From Octopus bimaculoides (lineage: Eukaryota), in contig NC_068992.1 in assembly GCF_001194135.2 (NCBI RefSeq), forward strand, positions 36,813,123 to 36,866,992: a stretch of 53,870 nt of DNA. Direction: 5' to 3'. Positions 48,001 to 53,870 of this stretch are shown here, piece by piece (position 1 is the stretch's first letter; each line of letters opens with the position of its first letter). Position numbers and translations under genes: made by a program. Under the pieces are notes generated by a model. The model was not told where the DNA came from. It saw only the letters and a program-made list of their open reading frames with translations, and ran no database searches.

Positions 48001-48910
48001 GAAAAATATTGGCTTCACTGAGTGCGTATCGAACTCGAGAGTTTAATGAGTTACCTAGTCGTAAGTAAGGAAACCTTGCTACTGACAGTTAAGAACGAGG
48101 GAGTAGTCAGAGCAGAACAAAAGGGAAAACAAAGGGAGAAGTTCAAAAAGGACATGAAGAAGAATTACGCAAGAAGAGACTACATAATCAATTCCATGTA
48201 GCCACAACAGAAGTTGCTGGAAAAATAGATGGGATTTGGTTGATGAAAGAGACCGAGAGCACTATACCGGACCAATCTCTGACCACGAACTGGAGAGTCA
48301 ACCTGAGGGATGAGCAAGTGTCTCTGCTATAGAGTGGATGAACGAACGAATTACCTAGATTTTCCCAACACCACTACAAGTTGTGCCGATACGACCAGGT
48401 AGCGACAGTACTCCACTGGAAACTGTTCGACAATTGGGGGCTAGAGAGAGGCAAGACGACGTGGTATGAGTACGAACCACAGAGAGTGGCGGAGTCGGAG
48501 ACTAGCAAAATCCTTTGGGATTTCCCAATCCTAACAGACCAGGTGCTAGAGCATAACAGACCAGACCTAGTGGTGGTGGACAAGGCACACCACATATGCT
48601 ATATAGTTGACCCACGAATAGTCATGAACAAAATAGCCCGACTATGGAAAATGAAGGTGAAGATAGTACCAATTATTGTTAGGTCCTTAGGAACTGTATC
48701 AGAAGGCATCAAGAGGAATACAAAAGAAATTGGATAAGAGTGCCCGTTAGTACTGTTACAAAAGTTTGCCTCCATGACACGGCCATAAAAAACCAGGTAT
48801 TACATAGGTGAAAAGACTGAATAGCATGCTACCGTAGGCTGCAGGTAGTAAGCTCGCTACGCATGCAAGACACCAAGAGCTCCAACAAAACTTGTGATAA
48901 AGAAAAAATA
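45100..48910 (+). mobile_element. Near-full-length decayed Dong/R4-like LINE
   Basis: N-terminal [15 protein letters not shown]; RT pieces [42 protein letters not shown]; RLE KILWDFPILTDQVLEHNRPDLVVVDK. Ends in (AAC)n(AAT)n. Confidence 0.85.
46507..47044. repeat. Near-perfect palindrome (267-bp arms, 4-nt loop)
   Basis: 46507-46773 is the reverse complement of 46778-47044. I found two mismatches; the loop is ctct. Confidence 0.95.
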
Positions 48911-48942
48911 ATAACAACAACAACAACAATAACAACAACAAC

Positions 48943-49002
<60 letters not shown>

Positions 49003-49010
49003 AACAACAA
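48910..49010. repeat. (AAC)n-(AAT)n microsatellite at the 3' end of the LINE
   Basis: Direct reading of the sequence. Confidence 0.95.
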
Positions 49011-49639
49011 CATGGATATGCTACACGGGTTCTCCATTCAATCTAATCTAATAACATCGGTGGAATGGGATAAAGGAACCTATGGAAAACTTGAAGGAGG
49101 CGGCCTTTTAACGAAAATAATCACAAAAACGAAATTTTACTGCCAGACAAAGCACAGTCACAGTAAAACATGTGCGAAAGACACATGCGAAATCAACACC
49201 GGAATGTTTACAAATTATAAAGTATATGTGGAACAAAACAGTAAGTACTTAAATTGATTAATTACGCATACACTCGAATGTCTACACAATTATACATACA
49301 TTTAATAACGACAGGACTACACATACATCCCAATGTTTACATAACTACATGAAATTTACAGAACACACATACGCGCATATGAAAGAACGTGTCACAAACG
49401 AAGCAAAAAAAAATTACAAAACGATTCTATTTTATTTTTCGAACTAAGACAGACAGAGTGAACAATTCATAACTTTAAAAACACCACAGAAAGCTATGCC
49501 CGGAGATACATCTATCAAGAACAAAAAATATAGACAAATACAGATCTGTTAGCCTTAAGAATCTACGTTACGAGAAATGCTTTCATTCATAGAACGAACT
49601 CAGAGGTAGTGTTGTCTCAAAAAGTTAACCCTAAACATT

Positions 49640-52600
49640 CTGATCCGTCCCCTAATCTCAACGTCCAAGCTCTTCATGCCTCAGTGATAACAAAGCAAAA
49701 TACAAACCGAATCGGCCGTCAACTCGTGAACAAGGGCCGCGCACACCAGTGAGGAACCAGACTCGGTACGAAAAATCAGCTACTGATTCAAACGTTCCCG
49801 AAACACAGGAGCTGCAATACCCCACAACTGGAATATCCCAACAGATGGCCATCCACGCTCGTCATCAAATAACCAAAAGACAAAGAATGAAAAATGGTCT
49901 AGGGGAGATAATAAAGAAGTTTTAAGGACTTCTATCATGCCATGTATTTCTCCACAAATAAATCTAATTCTGAGCAAGCCTACCTAAACTGGAGACAGAA
50001 GCACCTTGAAGTAAGATCCGACATAGACAGTAACAAACTTGCCAAAGTTAAAAGAAACATTATGAAAAAGAAATTACTAACTGAATTAGAGATTGAGCAA
50101 ATTAAACAGTCAGTGAGGGATAAAGGGAACGAAGTTGCAGCTAAAGAAGATACTACAGAGGAAATAATTACAGACCAGCCCAGGTTTGATGAAAATGCAG
50201 TAATGATAGAAAGAGTCAATGTAACTGATAGGCAAAGTGAAATACTCGCTGAACCAACCATAAACACCAAGGTAGATGAAAATCAAATATATGAACAAAG
50301 TCACACAGAAATTGACCCAACTGAATTAAATGATCTAAAAGATCAAACCGTGACTGAATGACTGAAAATAAAGAAATCAGTATGAATGAACGTGACACTC
50401 TCCCCAAAATTCGCAACTCTAACCAAAGCCTGCAAGTAATTGGTAAAATCCGCCTTGCACTTAAGGATATAATTTCAGCTAATGATGTTGCCATTACAGA
50501 TCTCAACCACCTGTACTATGCATCCGCGTAGATCTCAACGATTCTGTTTGGTGAAACGATTAGAAAATGACAACATTCCCACAAAAAAGCCTACTTGGCA
50601 AGAGCGTATTCATCACCAAATTCAGCTACTTAGGTCTAAAAAAAACTTAAGTTTAAAAAAACTTAAGTTTAAAAAAACTTAAGTTTAAAAAAACTTAAGT
50701 TTAAAAAAACCTAAGTTTGACAAGACTAGCAAACCAACAAAATCCGAAAATTAAAGAAAAAATATATGAAAACCATATCTGACATCGATACCACCATAGA
50801 AACTTTCAAGAAAAAGGTATGTGCTAAAGCTGCTCGCATAGCACAGTATGAAAAGTGCGTTAGATTCTTTAAGTACAACAACATGTTCAGAAGTAACCCA
50901 AATGATTTTTACAGGAAGGTAGGGAAAATACAAGTTACAGTAAAGTCTGTCCCAGTGCAGGAATTTTGGAATAAAATTTGGGTAGAAGAAAAAGCACACA
51001 ATAAAAAGGCCCTTTGGATTGATAGAATATCTACTGACTTAGACTCCTAAGAATAGCAAAAGTGAGAGTGTATCAAGGTAGAGGATGTAAGATCTGCTCT
51101 CAGGAAGTCAAGCAAATGGATGTCTCCAGGAAAAGATAAAATTCCTAACTTTTGGTTGAATGCCTTCCCAGAGAGTCATGGACTGCTAACAAAACTTTTT
51201 GTAAACGTTTTGCAACAACCTAGTATGATTCCCTCTTGGCTAGTTAATGGTGTTACATTCCTACTTCCAGAAAAGGAAGAAAGAAATGAACCAAAAAATT
51301 ATGGATCCATAACCTACTTAACAACAAAATATAAAATACTAACATCATCCTAGATTGTATATACCTATACCTTTTTTTAATAAGAAGTGGCGTGTTCCCT
51401 AATGAGAAAAATGATGTAAACGTGGGTCCTGTAGTTGTAAAGATCAGCTACTCATCAATATGATGATCTTGGAAGATCGTCACAAACAAAACAAAACTTT
51501 TTGGTAGCCTAGGTAGACTATAAAAAAGATTTGGGTAGTCTACCACATAGCTGGATTAAGAAATGTCTGGAAATGTATGAGATTGTACCTACTCTGCGAA
51601 ACTTCTTTTCTGTAAGTATGAGATCATGGAGAATAAGACTGACCTTGAACAGTGACAATGAATCTCTCAATGCTGGAGATGTAAGAATTTCATGTGGTAT
51701 TTTCCAGGGTGACTCTTTATTACCACTCCACTTTTGTCTAGCTTTAATACCTCTTTCGAAATTGCTCAATGATGAACAATATGGCAATAAAATATTTGAT
51801 GAAAATATAAATCATCTCTTTTACATAGATGATCTTTGCGAAGAATGACCAACAACTACAGGGCTCACTAGCAATTGTTAAGCAATTCAGTGATGAGAGC
51901 AGGATGCAATTTGGCCTCGATAAATGTGTAAAAGCTACCTTTATCAAAGGAAAAAAATGACAGAAACATCCAACGTTAATCTTGACCAACAGAATGTCAT
52001 AAAGGAATTAGAACCAGCAGATAGCTACAAATACCTAGGGGTATATGAAGGTGATGGAATCAAACATACAACGATGAGGGAAAGGATCAGAAAAGAATGT
52101 TATCGCAAAGTAAGGGCAATACTCAAGATAGAGCTGAATGCAAGAAACAGGATCGAAGCAATCAATACTTTAGCCATACCAGTCGTGACTTACAGCTTCA
52201 ATATCATTAACTGGTCAATTACTGAAATATGTAATTTTGACTGAAAAATACGAAAATTGTTGACGATGCATAGAATGCACCATCCTAAGGCAGATATAGA
52301 ACGACTTTCCTTGCCAAGAAAAGAGGGTGGCCGTGGACTTTCACAACTGGAATTAAGAATGAAGATTGCCTCAATTGGCCTAAACACCTACCTGAAAAAC
52401 TCTGATGACCGGATGTTAAAACTTGTCTTAAAGCATGAAAACAAGAAAGCATCATACTCTGCAACAAAACAGGCAAAGGAATATCTAAGTGAATTCCAAA
52501 TACAACATATTCCAGAATTAAACGTACTGGAAACAAGCACAGAAAAAGCTAAGCGTATGAAAACCCGTGCCAAAACTGCTGCCTAGGATATTCTTACTGA

Positions 52601-53460
52601 TAAATGGTAAGAAAAACCTCTCAATGAGAACTAATAATACCGATGTTGACAAAACCCTTACCCATCATAGTGTCTTCTGGCTTAAAATCAGAAACAGATG
52701 GATTTATCATAGCAGCTAAATATCAACGCCTACCTACAAGGAACTACCAGGCCAACATATTAAAGAACGGTAGTAGCCCGACATGTCGTGTATGTAAACA
52801 ACAAATGAAACCATGTTGTCTCCATGTGCAGTTTTCTTGCGCCTACAGAGTATCTCAACAGGCATTATAGAGCAGCACAATATATTCGCTGGGTAATTTG
52901 CAAAAACCTGGACCTGCTCCATGATAAAAACTGGTGGGAATACAAACCACCTCCAGTGCATGAAAATGATCACATCTCACTCTTCAGGAACTTCACCATT
53001 CAAACGGACAGAAAGATAGATGCGAATAGGCCAGGCATTATATTGAAAGACTTCAAACCAAAATCATGCCTCCTCATTCATATGACTGTCCCAATCGACA
53101 TAAATGTATCTGTCAAGACCTACCAAAAACTGAGCAAGTATAAAGATTTTGAAATAGAAATTGGCAAAATGTGGAACCTTAAGACTAAAACAATATCTGT
53201 TGTCACAGTTGCCCTAGGAATGATCGCAAAAGGGGTTGAGTCTTACCTAGCTCAGATACCAGGAAACCCCAAAATGGCAGAAGTTCAAAAGATAGTGCTC
53301 TTGGGAACTGCCCATATCCTACGTAATCTCTATGTAATCTCAAATTTTAAAGCAAACTTATAATTTTACGTTTTCTTAAACATTCTCTAGAACAACACTA
53401 TGTGAAAAACCAAATATATGACACCTTAGGCATAACACCAACTTGAACTTCTAACTTGTC
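49640..53460 (+). mobile_element. Near-full-length decayed Dong/R4-like LINE (distinct subfamily)
   Basis: Pieces: NKLAKVKRNIMKKKLLTELEIEQIK; SPGKDKIPNFWL; GIFQGDSLLPLHFCLALIPLS; NHLFYIDDL; YKYLGVYE; CRVCK zinc knuckle; RLE TIQTDRKIDANRPGIILKD..KYKDFEIEIGKMW. Confidence 0.85.
50639..50718. repeat. 16-bp tandem repeat x5 (aaaaaaacttaagttt) inside the LINE
   Basis: Four identical units plus one with a single substitution. Confidence 0.95.
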
Positions 53461-53585
53461 TCTTGAGGTCACCGGGGAAGTTTAAGAGATAACACCGGGG
53501 AAGTTTAACATGTGAGTACGATAAATCACTGCTCCGAAACTTATCCAAAAACATCGGAAATAAAGACATCGCATGGAGCCCAAAT

Positions 53586-53870
53586 ATAGCTGACAAAGGG
53601 TTGGACTATACCCGAGTAAGTAATACTCATTGAAATTTATTCCTATTTTTCCAAATATAATGATGTATTTTAACTTGATACCTCCACTACCCGAACAGCG
53701 ATCGTAAACACACGTGTTACATCAAAATACAGACCATCCCCAAACCCAAACACCATATACAAAAAATAGCTGACAAAGGGTTGGACTATATCCGAGTAAG
53801 TAATACTCATTGAAATTTATCTCTATTTTTACAAATATAATGATGTATTTTAACTTGATACCTCCACTAC
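53586..53870. repeat. 105-bp direct repeat with a 180-bp period, running to the window end
   Basis: 53586-53690 vs 53766-53870 are nearly identical. Confidence 0.9.

Noticed and set aside
1-53870. CRISPR array, rRNA, operon-like systems
   Set aside because: No repeat-spacer array with unique spacers, no rRNA similarity; the sequence is eukaryotic repeat-rich DNA.

Overview
AT-rich, microsatellite-dense, gapped eukaryotic DNA. The SINE, LINE and microsatellite content looks like a cephalopod (Octopus-like) genome; that is an inference, not a database match. Only one host coding exon is well supported: 38940-39605 (+), the main exon of a pedal-peptide/orcokinin-type neuropeptide precursor with seven tandem amidated xFDSIxxxxFxx(M/L)-GKR peptides. 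Nearly everything else is decayed mobile DNA. Non-LTR retrotransposons: a near-full-length Tx1/L1, a HERO-like element, five Dong/R4-like pieces (several abutting (AAT)n tracts), RTE and CR1-group fragments, and Penelope-like fragments (GIY-YIG and RT). Other mobile DNA: at least three SINE families, a hAT fragment, a Mutator/Phantom-like element with a 9-bp TSD, a Helitron N-terminal fragment and several fold-back elements. Signals not shown by the ORF track: up to five dispersed minimal type-I hammerhead ribozyme motifs, a near-perfect 538-bp palindrome inside a decayed LINE, and a palindromic element carrying head-to-head telomere-like arrays. No CRISPR, rRNA or genuine tRNA gene is supported. 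Family calls come from motif recognition by eye, and most TE boundaries are approximate.
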